DNA of 63,838 nucleotides, the filler included, from Choristocarpus tenellus KU-1152 (lineage: Eukaryota; Protista; Phaeophyceae): assembly GCA_964200185.2 (NCBI GenBank). It is 11 parts of 11 records of this genome, joined end to end, with 100 filler letters (N's around TTAATTAATTAA, not from the genome) between each part and the next. Parts side by side here need not be neighbours in the genome. Positions count along the whole stretch, not along the records: positions 23,678 to 28,419 come from CAXNAD020013248.1; positions 28,520 to 31,054 come from CAXNAD020026978.1; positions 31,155 to 35,214 come from CAXNAD020016424.1; positions 35,315 to 61,090 come from CAXNAD020000176.1; 7 more parts are not named here. One strand, written 5' to 3'. The notes under the pieces were generated by a model. It searched no databases. It worked only from the letters and a program-made list of their open reading frames with translations, and had not been told where the DNA came from. Made by a program: the position numbers and the translations under genes. This document shows positions 24,251-35,432 of this stretch, in pieces (position 1 is the stretch's first letter; every line of letters starts with the position of its first letter).

Positions 24251-26839
24251 ATGGTCAAGAAAATGGGGTATGCGTTAGTCGATATTAAAAGACACATGTC
24301 GAAGCCATGGGTTATGTGGGCAGGGGGAATAGTGACATGCTTAAGTCTATTTTGCCTTATTGTTTGGACGACTATGCCGTTTACTGAAGACCGTGAGATA
24401 AGTCGCTCACAGAGATCGGTCCCCACAATCTCTTCCCGAGAGTGCGATGGTCCAGGATTATTGGAAGGGTTGGTTTACGGAGATAAAGGCTACATGAACT
24501 TGGACAACATGATCGTTGACCAGCTTTCGAGCGTCCCCCTATTCGGCGAGAAGCCTCGGTTGATATCGGCCATGGCGTGTGAGGAAGATGAGGTTGACCC
24601 TGTCGCGGCTGGATGCATCTGGGTTCTGGCATCACCCCCACACTTCAACCCGACTCTTTCCCCGATTCCTGAGTCGTCTCCCTTGCGAAAGTTTGGCAAG
24701 TACTTGGGAATTGCGAGACCACCATCCGAAAAACTCCCCAAGAATCTCGACGTGCCTATTCTGGATAATTGGCGTGATGGTGTTGGAGGATTCGTCCAAG
24801 AGGAGGAGGGTCCGATGCCTCCTACAGCTATGCTCTTTGCGGATGACCTACGACTGGTAGCAGTTACCAAATTGTTCGATAAGGTGAGTGGTTGAGTAAC
24901 CTTTTCGCCTAGATTCCAGGTGTTTTTGTTGCTAGCACTCTCCGTTTTCGTAAGACAAGAAGCTGGGATATAGCTGAGTGGAGGATTCCTTGATGGCAGT
25001 GTGTGACTTTTGGAAAGATTGGATTCTCCAGGGGTCGTACTGTTTGGTAGAGGTCTTTTACATAGGAAGGTTTTTATGTTTGTGTTCCCCCGACAAATCT
25101 TTGATCTCAGGGCTCAAAGTTGATATCTGCTTGTATGCTTTTCCTGGTGGACATGTATATGTGTATGACCCCTGGGAGTGTCATGGCACCACTACTCCCG
25201 TCCAACCAACCTACCCCTCAGCACCTACTAAAATCTAAGAACAGATGTTCCACCACTCAAGACTCACTTAGACGTACGGCGTCAGTGTTCACCAGCCTTC
25301 AATTTGTGAAAACAGTTGTCCTCGCCGCGAAAATAAATATGTTAGCCTTGTAGGCGATGCCAGGTGTAGTACAGCATATTGGGACAACCGTTTGAGGGGA
25401 ACTGTGGTGGAATTCACAATTCCCTGGCACCTAGCTTACCTATATATCATCAACATACGAACGTTGGCACGGATGTTCAGTGTGGATTGAACATCTTCAC
25501 CAGAGTTTGTTATTGTTGTGTTCAAGTAGTCATTAATTAGATTGACTCCATATTTGGAATAGCTTTGTAGGTTGGCTCAGCGATTTTGAACACATTACTA
25601 TGTGTACCATGTATAGCACATGTCCTGTCTCTGGTTCTGTTCAAACAAATCTCCTGATGAGCTTTCATTGAGCCTTCTGTGCTCTACTCTTGTCACTCTC
25701 TTATAGTACTGCAATGTTGATTGCATAGTTGTGAAAGAATTTCAATAATATCTGGCCCTTTCCAGTGTGAAAAGGTCATGTCATGAGCTGCGAAGCAAAG
25801 ATGCGAACCTAGTGGTGGACAGGAGAAAATAAGGTATTTTGACCACCCTGTTCTTTGGCGATAAACACCCAACATATCTTTTTTATCTGTTAGATGTCTT
25901 CCTTTTTACACCACTTGGTTCTTGTTCATAAAAGAGATAAACACTTTTGTTTACCCAACATCCATGCTTCTATCCCCTCTCATTTGTTGAATACTTCATT
26001 GAATTGTTGCGTATGTGCAGGTACACACTGGGCACCAGTCCGACTCCCGTTTGTTCCGGTTCGGTGACGAGTGGTGGGTCCACTTCCGTGCAGACTGCCT
26101 TGAGAGAGGACCTGAAGTATGGTCCCCTCCAGCTGGCATAGACTGTGACAGCAGCAATGGCTGGGTTGGCGAACACAGGAAGCAACGCGCAGTACTTATG
26201 AGGATGGTACCTGAGGTTTGGGGAATGCAGGATAAGGTGGGACTGATAGCTCAGGTTGATCCAACGAGTTTGGTACCACTTGTAGGACCACTTGCGGGGA
26301 AGAACCAGGCATTTTTCCAGTATGGCGAGGGGGATGACATTCGTAGGTTTGTCCTGGCCTGGTTCAACCCCACGACTGTGCATGAGATGCAGGAAAATGG
26401 GTCCATTGACCAGAATACAATACCAGGCTCAAGTATCCCCCACCCAGCACTTCCTCCTGCTGATGTGATACATCTGAATGGGGGTCAGCTTGTTTACATC
26501 CCGGAGACAAATGAGTTCCTTGGTGTTGGTCACCATATTTACCGACACCCTGAAGGGTACAGGCTCTACAACATCCATTTCTTCTTCACACTTGATGGAC
26601 AGCCCCCGTTCTCAATGGCTAGGATATCAACAGAGTTTTGTGTGGAGAGTACGCCTAAGGCTGGAGACTGTGAAAAGAGGCAGTTCTTCATGGGGATGCT
26701 GGTGGAGTATAGGGGTGGGGAGGGGTTGGAGCACGCCAGACTGATAATGCCATACGGAGTTAATAATTACGAGGCTAAGGTGGTTGCTGTCCCTCTCTCT
26801 GATGTACTCTCAATGTTGCGACCCATTTCTGAGCTATAG
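24251..26839 (+). CDS. Type II membrane five-bladed beta-propeller protein, GT91 (Bmt)/GH130-like, ~483 aa
   Basis: Exons 24251-24883 (AAG|GTGAGT) and 26021-26839 join in phase 0. N-terminal TM helix, then motifs FNPTL, SDSRLF, GKNQAFF, GGQLV, FLGVGH, YNIHFFFTLDGQPPF, QFFMG and YGVNN in the order typical of this propeller group. Confidence 0.7.
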
Positions 26840-28519
26840 TCCCTATGATTTGGTAAGTGAGGGGTGGAGTGGGGTAGGGTTTTCAGTGTAACTGTGAGCT
26901 ATGTAGGTCCACCTTCAATGCTGGTCATGTTTATGAGTGTTACACAGTGTTGGAAATGGGTGTTGTGTATTTTCAGGCAGCCACTTGGGAAATTGGTCAA
27001 CACCTGTGGTTGATCAGTGAACAATAGTAACTGGTAGTGTGGGATGGTTTGGTGGTAGGAGCATAACCCTTACAGTATGGGGTTAATTCATGTATTGTCT
27101 TGTTGGCGAACTGTCCCAGCTTCTGTTGCACTAGTGTACGTTTTTGCTTATTTTTAGTTAGGACACAATTTAGTATGGTGTGGTTCTGTTAAAGGATTGA
27201 TTGAGAGCTCCCAGAGGTTACCATTTGTGCCCGCATCTTACAGTTGGGGGTGTATGAGTACTGGTACTGTGAATATGCTTTGGAGCAACTCTGAAAGACA
27301 CTGAGGGAGTAGGCAAGGCAATGCTGCAAGCTTTCATTGGAGTGCCTCAGAGGGTACTACAGGGATGTGCTGCTCTGGTGCTTGAGTACCTCAGGAGGTG
27401 TTGGAACGGAACACCTCGCAAGAGATGTACCAGTGTGGAGGTAATTGGACTTTGTGGGAAAACAAGCGCAAGTGAATCTGTTCAGGGAATGTACTGATGG
27501 GTTTCTGATCGAAGCAGGCACAAATGAGGCTGCTGAAAGAATTACTGATGGAATTCCTATAAGAGCGAGCACAAATGAGCTTGTTTACTGAATGTATGTT
27601 TACTGTACCTTGTAGGGGGTGTACTTCTTCTGTACAGAGGGTCTCTGAAGGTACCAAGTACGACACCTTTGTATGGGGGTTGCAATTGTAGGATTTTTGT
27701 AGTTCCCAAGAAGGTGGTGAGGGCCCTATTTTTGTTGCGGGGTTAGCCTTTCATAGATGCTTGTGCATGAATTCGACTGTGTGGTTACGTGGTGTGCTGT
27801 AATGTGTTGTGTCACCGTGTTAGTTGAATGGTTTTATCTGTTTTATGGTCAGGATTTTGTGTATCAAGGAGTGCCCATTTCTCCCTCTAGTGTTGTTCCG
27901 TAGGATGATGTATGTGCTGCATCAGGAGGCCTGTTAGTGAGACTACATGTACATGTCGACCTCCAGTGCAAAAGAGGGCTAAATGAGCTGTGGTCATGCT
28001 TTCAGTTGAGACTAAGCATTGCCGTTGTTTGATCAATATTTCTTGCCATCGAAGTGTACAGAAATTTGTACAGTAGATGTGCAATGTGATCCAAAAGTCA
28101 CCCCAGTACTTGCTAGAACCTCATGAATTTAAGAAAGGACTGTTTTGGACAAAAGCATGTTGCTGTTAACTTGTTTATTTTTTCTCTGCTTTACATTGTA
28201 ACATTAATATGAATGTTGGTCTGAGCGAGTAGTTCACAATTAGGATGAAGTACGCACATATAATTATGTACGAATAGTTAAATTTGTTTGTGTGCTAATC
28301 TGTTTTCTTAAGAAGACTAATCCATTAATATTAGTAGTACTAATTTTAGCAGAACTGTCATCATAGCACCCTTAAATGTTGGCATGCTGGCTCAAAGTGT
28401 CTATAGGGGGGGGGGGAGGNNNNNNNNNNNNNNNNNNNNNNNNNNNNNNNNNNNNNNNNNNNNTTAATTAATTAANNNNNNNNNNNNNNNNNNNNNNNNN
28501 NNNNNNNNNNNNNNNNNNN

Positions 28520-29685
28520 ATGGGAGTGTGTTGTCGTACCTGTTCCCCTGCCCTGGGGCAGGTGCGGGCGTGTCTGGTATCGACATTTTGCCTCCTTCTC
28601 CCTGCCACTGGGCACCTGTTTGATAGGGCCTCCTCTCTCCCTAGGGATCTGCTGACTGTGAGCTTGAATTCCTGAGGGAGGATCTGGCATGCTGGTTCCA
28701 GAGGTTGTGTCGAGACCCAGGCGTTTGCTCCTTGTCCACACTGGCTCCGGTGGCGTGCTAGGGCCAATGAAGAGCTTTCCCTCCCTTGGTGTGCCTCATT
28801 TGGAAGATCAGCTAGCTTTGTCCTGAAGGAGTCGAAACGCATCTTGTTGAGGAGGCTTATGATCTCGTGCTGAGCCCTCCTTGTGATCCTGGCGTCATGA
28901 GCTGTCAGGATGTGGACCTCTGGGGCAGGTGCAGGTGGTGCTGTTCCCCCCCAGGTTATCCAGTCTTGGCCAATAATTTCAGCCAGGTCTTCTGAGGGGA
29001 CACCTGTAGAAAGGAGAGTGTGCATGGAAGATCGTAAGGCCTGTATTGTAGGGCTTGTACATACAGTCTGTGAGAAGGATTCGCCATGAGACCCTTGCTG
29101 CCTTGCTAGGAGGGTGGGGAGAGTAGCCACCAGTGATCCTACGAAAGCTGCATGTTGGCGGTGTTTCATAGAGAAGAGGCCCAGACCCCCCGCACTTGTA
29201 GGCATCTGTGCCTGTACTTGTTGGTGGGTCTCTAGGCGGAGAGACCCATTGTTGCACCCTCCCTCAAAGAAATCTGTCACCTCTGTCTCATCGGCTATCT
29301 CCATAATCCTCTCTAGTGTCCACAGGGAGGTATTGTCTGCTTGATCCATGGTGGAGCGTGCCGGGAGGGGGGGAGTGACCCTCACAAGATAGCCTAGCTG
29401 GGAGGAGAGGGACCAGGAGTTGAGGAGCCAGGCACCTGCTTGTCCTCCATCTTGCTTAGGTGTGTGGCTAAAGCTCATGTCCCAGAGCTCTCTATCACCT
29501 CCGCCATGTGAGCTCGAATGAAGTCATCTGTTCCTACTGGAGCCCCTAGAATGACAAAACCACTGGGGTTCGGGGCTAGGTTGATTCCTGTTGTGTAAAG
29601 GAGCTCTAGTTCCGAGGGCGTGAGTTGGTGGCCCTGGGGACGTGCGGCAAAGGTCTTGTCCATGTTTAGGTTGATACCCACCTCT
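28520..29685 (-). mobile_element. CRE-clade non-LTR retrotransposon fragment (end of RT to zinc knuckle)
   Basis: GINLNMDKT...GFVILGAPVGTDDFI, QAQMPTSAGGLGL, AAFVGS, RSQCGQGANAW and C...HARTCPRAG...H; one frameshift near 29475. Confidence 0.85.
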
Positions 29686-29829
29686 TGGAGATTAGTTTTC
29701 CACTATCAATATTGTACTACTGCCTTCCTGTGCTTCCCATCTACCTACACTATAGTTTGGGATTCCTGGGAAGGAACCTCAATCTGTACAACGGTATATG
29801 CATATAACAATAACGGTATGATAAAAGAC

Positions 29830-30086
29830 GGTCAATTCCGCAAAGGAATGCGCATCCCTTCCATTATGGAGGACGGTAGCCCATTGACAGTGGGCTGGAA
29901 TTTCCGCATGGATGCGGTCTTCTATCCTGGGGCACTTGCGGACACCGCATCAGTTTCTACTGGGAGAAAGACCTGTCAGATTCTCGGGATGGTTCTCTAG
30001 CCCCTCGCCCTGTGGTGTAGGGCTAAACTAGGTTGGAGGCATAGCAGGGGAGTGGTGTAGTATAGCTGGTAGTCAAATAGTAAATA
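29830..30086 (+). mobile_element. CRE-like LINE 3' fragment (start of RLE domain, internal deletion, 3' tail)
   Basis: KGMRIPSIMEDGSPLTVGWNFRMDAVFYPGALADTAS (R-x-D endonuclease motif), then DLSDSRDGSLAPRP and a tail ending AATAGTAAATA, shared with 31216-31325 and 54095-54247. Confidence 0.7.
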
Positions 30087-30100
30087 GATTTTAGAGAGAT

Positions 30101-30371
30101 CTTTCACATTTACTACAACTGTTACTTTTACAGGGGTTCTTATGATGCTGAATTAGCTTTCCGCTGAAACATCTGCAATATGTCAGAAGGTACAACAATA
30201 TACTCCAGAGTATGACAAACCCTCCTTTCCACCAAACCACCTTCCAATATATACATAAATACTCCAGTGATTTTTTTATGCCCTCTGAAATTTTGCCAAT
30301 GTGCCAGGGAAAAAGTCAAACCAATATCACAACGAACCCTGTAAAAGAAACAGTTGTCATAAATGTGAAAG
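30101..30371. mobile_element. Family C foldback/MITE-like element with ~110-bp imperfect inverted arms
   Basis: CTTTCACATTTACTACAACTGTTACTTTTACAGGG... pairs with ...CCCTGTAAAAGAAACAGTTGTCATAAATGTGAAAG. Confidence 0.8.
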
Positions 30372-31154
30372 ATATATATCTCTTGTTCCAATAACCTCTT
30401 CAACGTGGCAAAAAGATGTCCAGAAGACTTTTTATAAATGCGGTCACCCCCTCCCATGCTGTCTCCTCATTCAGACTTTGTCCAACTCCAGCGTGAGAAC
30501 CAAGGTCGCTGCACAAAGGTGGATCGTCATCGAGTAGAGGAAGCAACCCTGACGCGGTCCTCAGCTCAGTCGTCGACAAATACACCTATGATGGCCTGTT
30601 CAGCCAACAGTTCAACAGCATGACCCTGTCATCTACTTCATCATGCAGAGTCCCAAGTTACACCCTACCATCACATCATTGCTGAGTATGTCAAAAAATA
30701 GTTTGTGCTCGTACCATGGTGGTCACTCTACCCAGTTGTGCCTGGACAACCCAGACAGTACTCGTAGACCATTCTTATACCGTAGGGGAAGACGTCATGG
30801 ACACCATGGTTGGGAGGATAGACAGCTAGTTGCTGGTCACTATTCTCCTCGTCCCTAGGAGTGCCTAGATGGATTTGACTCCTGTTCATTAATCAGTCTG
30901 GAAGCCCCATAAAGAAGCTGTGGGTACAGGAGACGAGTGTCACTCCAAGCAAGCACGAAATTGCCCTTCAGAGCCCTAGAAGCCACAGGCATTCCTTACA
31001 CTTAATGATACCTCCTCTGGGATACTATCTAATACTGACGGGTCAAAATATCTGNNNNNNNNNNNNNNNNNNNNNNNNNNNNNNNNNNNNNNNNNNNNTT
31101 AATTAATTAANNNNNNNNNNNNNNNNNNNNNNNNNNNNNNNNNNNNNNNNNNNN

Positions 31155-31215
31155 CTTTCCTCGCACCATTTTGGGTCAAACTCATCCTCCATAGTATGCT
31201 CCATCCTCAATTTTG
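31155..31215. mobile_element. Terminus of repeat family D
   Basis: Reverse complement of 35119-35170 (CTCAAAATTGAGGATGGAG..TACTATGGAGGATGRGTTTGACCCAAAA). Confidence 0.7.
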
Positions 31216-31470
31216 CCTAGAGGCTGTTGGATGCTTCTCTACCTCCTTGCCTTGGGTGCAGGAATATGTTAGAGACACAGGAAGGCAGTAGTACAACACA
31301 CGTAGTAGTAGTAAGATAGGAAATATTACATATAGATCAACATTTTTCACATTTGTGACAACTGTTACTTCTTTAGGGATTTTTCAGACATGCGAATGCT
31401 TTTCATTATTTTCCCCCCTTGCACATCTGCAAATGTCAGAGGGCAAAATAATGAAATATTTGGAGTGATA
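31216..31470 (+). mobile_element. 5'-truncated CRE tail (31216-31325) followed by family C arm (31345-31470)
   Basis: GGATGCTTCTCTACCTCCTTGCCTTGGGTGCAGGA...GATAGGAAATA, then TTTCACATTTGTGACAACTGTTACTT...GCAAATGTCAGAGGGCAAAA. Confidence 0.7.
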
Positions 31471-33799
31471 GATTTCCGTATCTTCCCGCATCGTCTCTTT
31501 ATGAGCACGTTTTTCGGAACGCGGATCTCCCATCTCTGAAGGGTTTCTTTCCCGAAACCCATCCGAACCGTGATCCTTCCCACTTCTTCAGTTCCCCCCT
31601 TTTTCCTGCAAGTCCTTTCAGTCTTGCACTTGTTAAACCATAACCTCGTCCTCTCGGTGACAGTTCGTCTTCATCCGTCTGATCTGTCTTGCCCGATCAT
31701 TCTCTTCACCACCCTTGCCTGAGTGAACCATGCTGCCACAGAATCACACAATTCATTTTGGCGACATCGCTGGACCCAGAGATAAGGTGACGGGTGATTT
31801 TTGTTTGACCACTGACTCAAGATCCCAAATGCAAGATTGAGAAGAAAGCGGCGTGAACAAGAACGTCTGGCTGATCACCTCAAAGAATCAAGAGCAGCAG
31901 ATAAGAAAGTTCAAGAAAACGAATCAGTAGAGGACATGGATTTCTCAACCAACCACGATTCCAATTCGTCAAGTTAATCGTCTACATCGTCTCATCATGA
32001 TGTAAGAAATGCGAACTGTAGACGTGTTTCCCCCCAGTCTTGCCCAGATCATCGTCGTCAGACAGGAACCGTGTTGTCGGCCTTTGAGCATTGTGTCAGC
32101 TCAGGCGACCGTAACACTCGTCATGTCCTTTTCCAGGACAATCCTGTCTCACTTCCAAGTTCCACTACTTATGACGTGGCCTTCTCACAGGGTCATTTTG
32201 GTGATTCTGTTCCAGTATTGATTGTGTATCACGTGAACGAATGCGCGAGAACAAACAATGTACCGTCCGAATGGCTTCAGGTTCTGTTGAAGCTTCAAGC
32301 TCGGGGAAACTACGTTGATCAAGTAAGAAGACCTTTTGAACAGAGCAGCGATGTTTCACACCTGCAAATAATGTCAGAAGGGAGTCGTTTTAGATATTCC
32401 ACTTCGGAGATCCCGACTGGTCTGGCGATTACAGGATCTAAGGAAGAAGATTTACCAGATTTATTCTCTAAATGGCATGTCGAAATTACTCTACATTCTG
32501 GTCAGTATCGTCCTGCATCCTTCAAGGACCCACCGAACATTCTTCAAGGACCCACCGATTGATGCTCTATTTTTCCGAACATTCTTCAAGGACCCACCGA
32601 AACATTTTATTTTCAGGCATTGGCTAGTGCGATAGAATGGTATTCAACAAGTGATCTGACCACATTGTAATCATCCCTTGACAACTGTGTTCCAATACCC
32701 CTCCTCAAACGTCGTGGAAAGATGTCCAGAGTTCTTGTTTTGGTTGATGCGGTCATCCCCTCTCATGATGTTTCCTCGTTTAGACTTCATCCCACCCCAA
32801 CAAGAGAACCAATATCTCCAGAGAGAAGTGGAGCGATTCCCCAACTTGGTCCCAGCAAAATACTGCTCGAGAATAGTGTCATGGAGGCCTTGGGTGCAAT
32901 CCTTGATTGGCAAGAGCAACGCCCGTCCAAAATGATCGTGAACTATTTGAGGTGGTACCAGCAGCTTCACACTTTGCGGCAATCTTGCTTTTTACCACCG
33001 TATCACCACAAACCTTACACAACAATATATACATTAAATGAATGTTAATGATAGTAAGAGCTTTTGAAGGGTTTTTTGTATCCATGAATTTCTAAACTTC
33101 GGGGAACAGGCGCTGTGTCCCGATCAACTAATGGCAAAAACGCTGGGGAACAATCTCCCGCGCAATTTTGAAGGTCATGACTTCAAAACGGACAAAAGTG
33201 AAGTGGTTGGTTGAACTCTCCGCAAAAACCTAATGCAGGTTAGATCGCTGCCCAAGTTGGCGCGTGTGGCAACACCTGAAAAAAAGGCAAGATTTGCGAA
33301 CATATTTTTTAGCGCCTTTCGCAAACTTTCTGTTCGCACACACACATGTGACCCACACAGCAACATGGACCACTATGGTGAGACAAGGAGTATCGCCAAG
33401 GCCACTCTGCCCCCTCGATCTATCCTCGGCACCTTCTCTATCAAGAGGCGACAGAAAAGCAAGTACCATGTGACACTCAGTGTGATGTTAGGTAACGAGA
33501 AATTGCGAGTAGTGTGGCGCAGCAATATGATTAAATAGTGCAATGAACCACGCGGCCACTATACTGACGCTGAGAGAAGATGCTTGGAAAGCATTACCAC
33601 ACAAACGTGGTTAGATATTCAACCACGTCGGAGCACTGCTCTGCAGTCTCTGCCGACTTGGGAAAGCAGGAAGAGAGCAGTGAGTCCATCACCAGGTGGT
33701 ACAGCAACGAAGTCTGGGGAAGCCGGTTCACGGCGGGTGAAGGGAGAACCAGAGAGGCTGGGCGAAGGGAAGATTGGGGAAGAGAGTAGTTCGACTGCG

Positions 33800-34680
33800 T
33801 GCCATTGCGCTCAGGAAACACCTAAGCAAAAACTCGATTGTAGAATATCTTAGTAGTCGACAGTTGCAGCAGGCCCTGGCTGTTTGGAAGCTATGCGACC
33901 CAGAGTGCTTAAGGAAACGAGAAAGGTGTTAGGGTTGGGCTACAAGGACTCTGAAGCCTGAAAGAAGGTCAAAAGGGCTCACAAGGTGGAGGAGAAAATG
34001 ATTGTAACAAAGGCAGATGTGGAGACTTTTCGATATCACCAAATCCTTTACTTAGAAGAGGTCGCGAAGCAGGAGTAGGTAGCCATTGACAAGGATGCCA
34101 GGGAAGAAGAGGAGGTGAGATTGAGACTATTTGCACACCAATGGTTTGGTGTCTCCCACTTCTTGTGAGATGCCGCACATTCACTTTTGTTCTTAGACTT
34201 AAGGTTGGACACATAAAGTTGATGAAGGCTTGCTCCTCGCCTGCATTCATTCGAGAGATCACAATTTCCGATCAACTCAAGCCTGTCCTCCCTCGCCCTT
34301 GCGCCTTGATAATGAGATATCACCCACCCAGGAAAAACAAACAACGTCCATTTCCGGTGCCCAACAAGGAAATGTGATAGTAAAGGCTCTAACACTGCGA
34401 ATCCTGTACCTGTGTATAAACAACAGGAAAGGCTGTCAAACGGTGCTCGAGATGACAGCAGGATATGCAATGGTCAGGTCGGAAACTGTGAGTAAATGGG
34501 ATAGAGACTTCCTAACTAAGGGCCACATCAAGGTGTCGGAGGAAGGACGCTTCGAGAGGCGCTTCATTCTGGGCCTCGACCAGCACATCCTTGCCGAGTT
34601 CAAAGAGTGGGTGCGCGAACTCACTGGAAGAAAGGGTGGGGAGGCTTTTTTCCCGCCTAAACAAGTATACTTTAATAAAG
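33800..34680 (+). pseudogene. Decayed DNA-transposase-like N-terminal (HTH) region
   Basis: VRSETVSKWDRDFLTKGHIKVSEEGRFERRFIL...LAEFKEWVRE resembles the HTH-linker region of IS630/Tc1-type transposases; no DDE domain follows. Confidence 0.4.
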
Positions 34681-35118
34681 TAATAGTGCATCTGTTGCAA
34701 CTCTTGGTGGCTTACAATCCAGGGTTCGAATTTGAATATGAGCGCTCTTTCTTTAATAAAAAAACGTGAAAAAAACGAGCCCGTACTGTGGAGGGCCTTG
34801 TGACGGGTATGACGAATATGCTTTTACTTTTTTAGTGTAGTGTCTACATCGAAAATTATGACCAGACAACCCGATAGGACGAAGATAATGATGACACTAT
34901 AATAGTTCCACTACTATGTTTCCTACAGTGGACAAGGAGTAATTGCGCAAGGAGCAGGAATCCGAGTTCGGTCCATATTTCAGGTATTTGCAATCCCCCA
35001 ACGTCGCCCCACCACCTGATAAGGAATCGACGACGTCTATATTGTATATTTCCCTTCGTAATGGCTTACTCATGTTCGTATTTACCCGGCCATCTTCGTA
35101 GTAAGAAACAGCGTAATC

Positions 35119-35214
35119 TCAAAATTGAGGATGGAGGATACTATGGAGGATGGGTTTGACCCAAAATTGACCGGGAAAAAGTGTCGATATGTTTTTTTTT
35201 GTAAATGTTGCGGC
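35119..35214. mobile_element. Terminus of repeat family D running into contig end
   Basis: Begins CTCAAAATTGAGGATGGAG; related copies at 31155-31215 and 63778-63838. Confidence 0.7.
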
Positions 35215-35314
35215 NNNNNNNNNNNNNNNNNNNNNNNNNNNNNNNNNNNNNNNNNNNNTTAATTAATTAANNNNNNNNNNNNNNNNNNNNNNNNNNNNNN
35301 NNNNNNNNNNNNNN

Positions 35315-35432
35315 GAAAAGTGCATTTACATTATCCATTCAACGTATGCAACCAAATCACCCAAAAATCACGACATGAAATAATTGCCCCGAAATGGACA
35401 GCAGCCACCCCCCCCCCCAGATACTTTGAACC
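35315..35432. mobile_element. Partial MITE family A at contig start
   Basis: Family A interior ending CCCCAGATACTTTGAACC. Other A termini lie at contig ends: 23555-23577, 28389-28419, 31040-31054 and 61251-61283. Confidence 0.8.

Noticed and set aside
27330-27590. Coding-like stretch downstream of the propeller gene
   Set aside because: In-frame stop, no splice support and no recognised motif.
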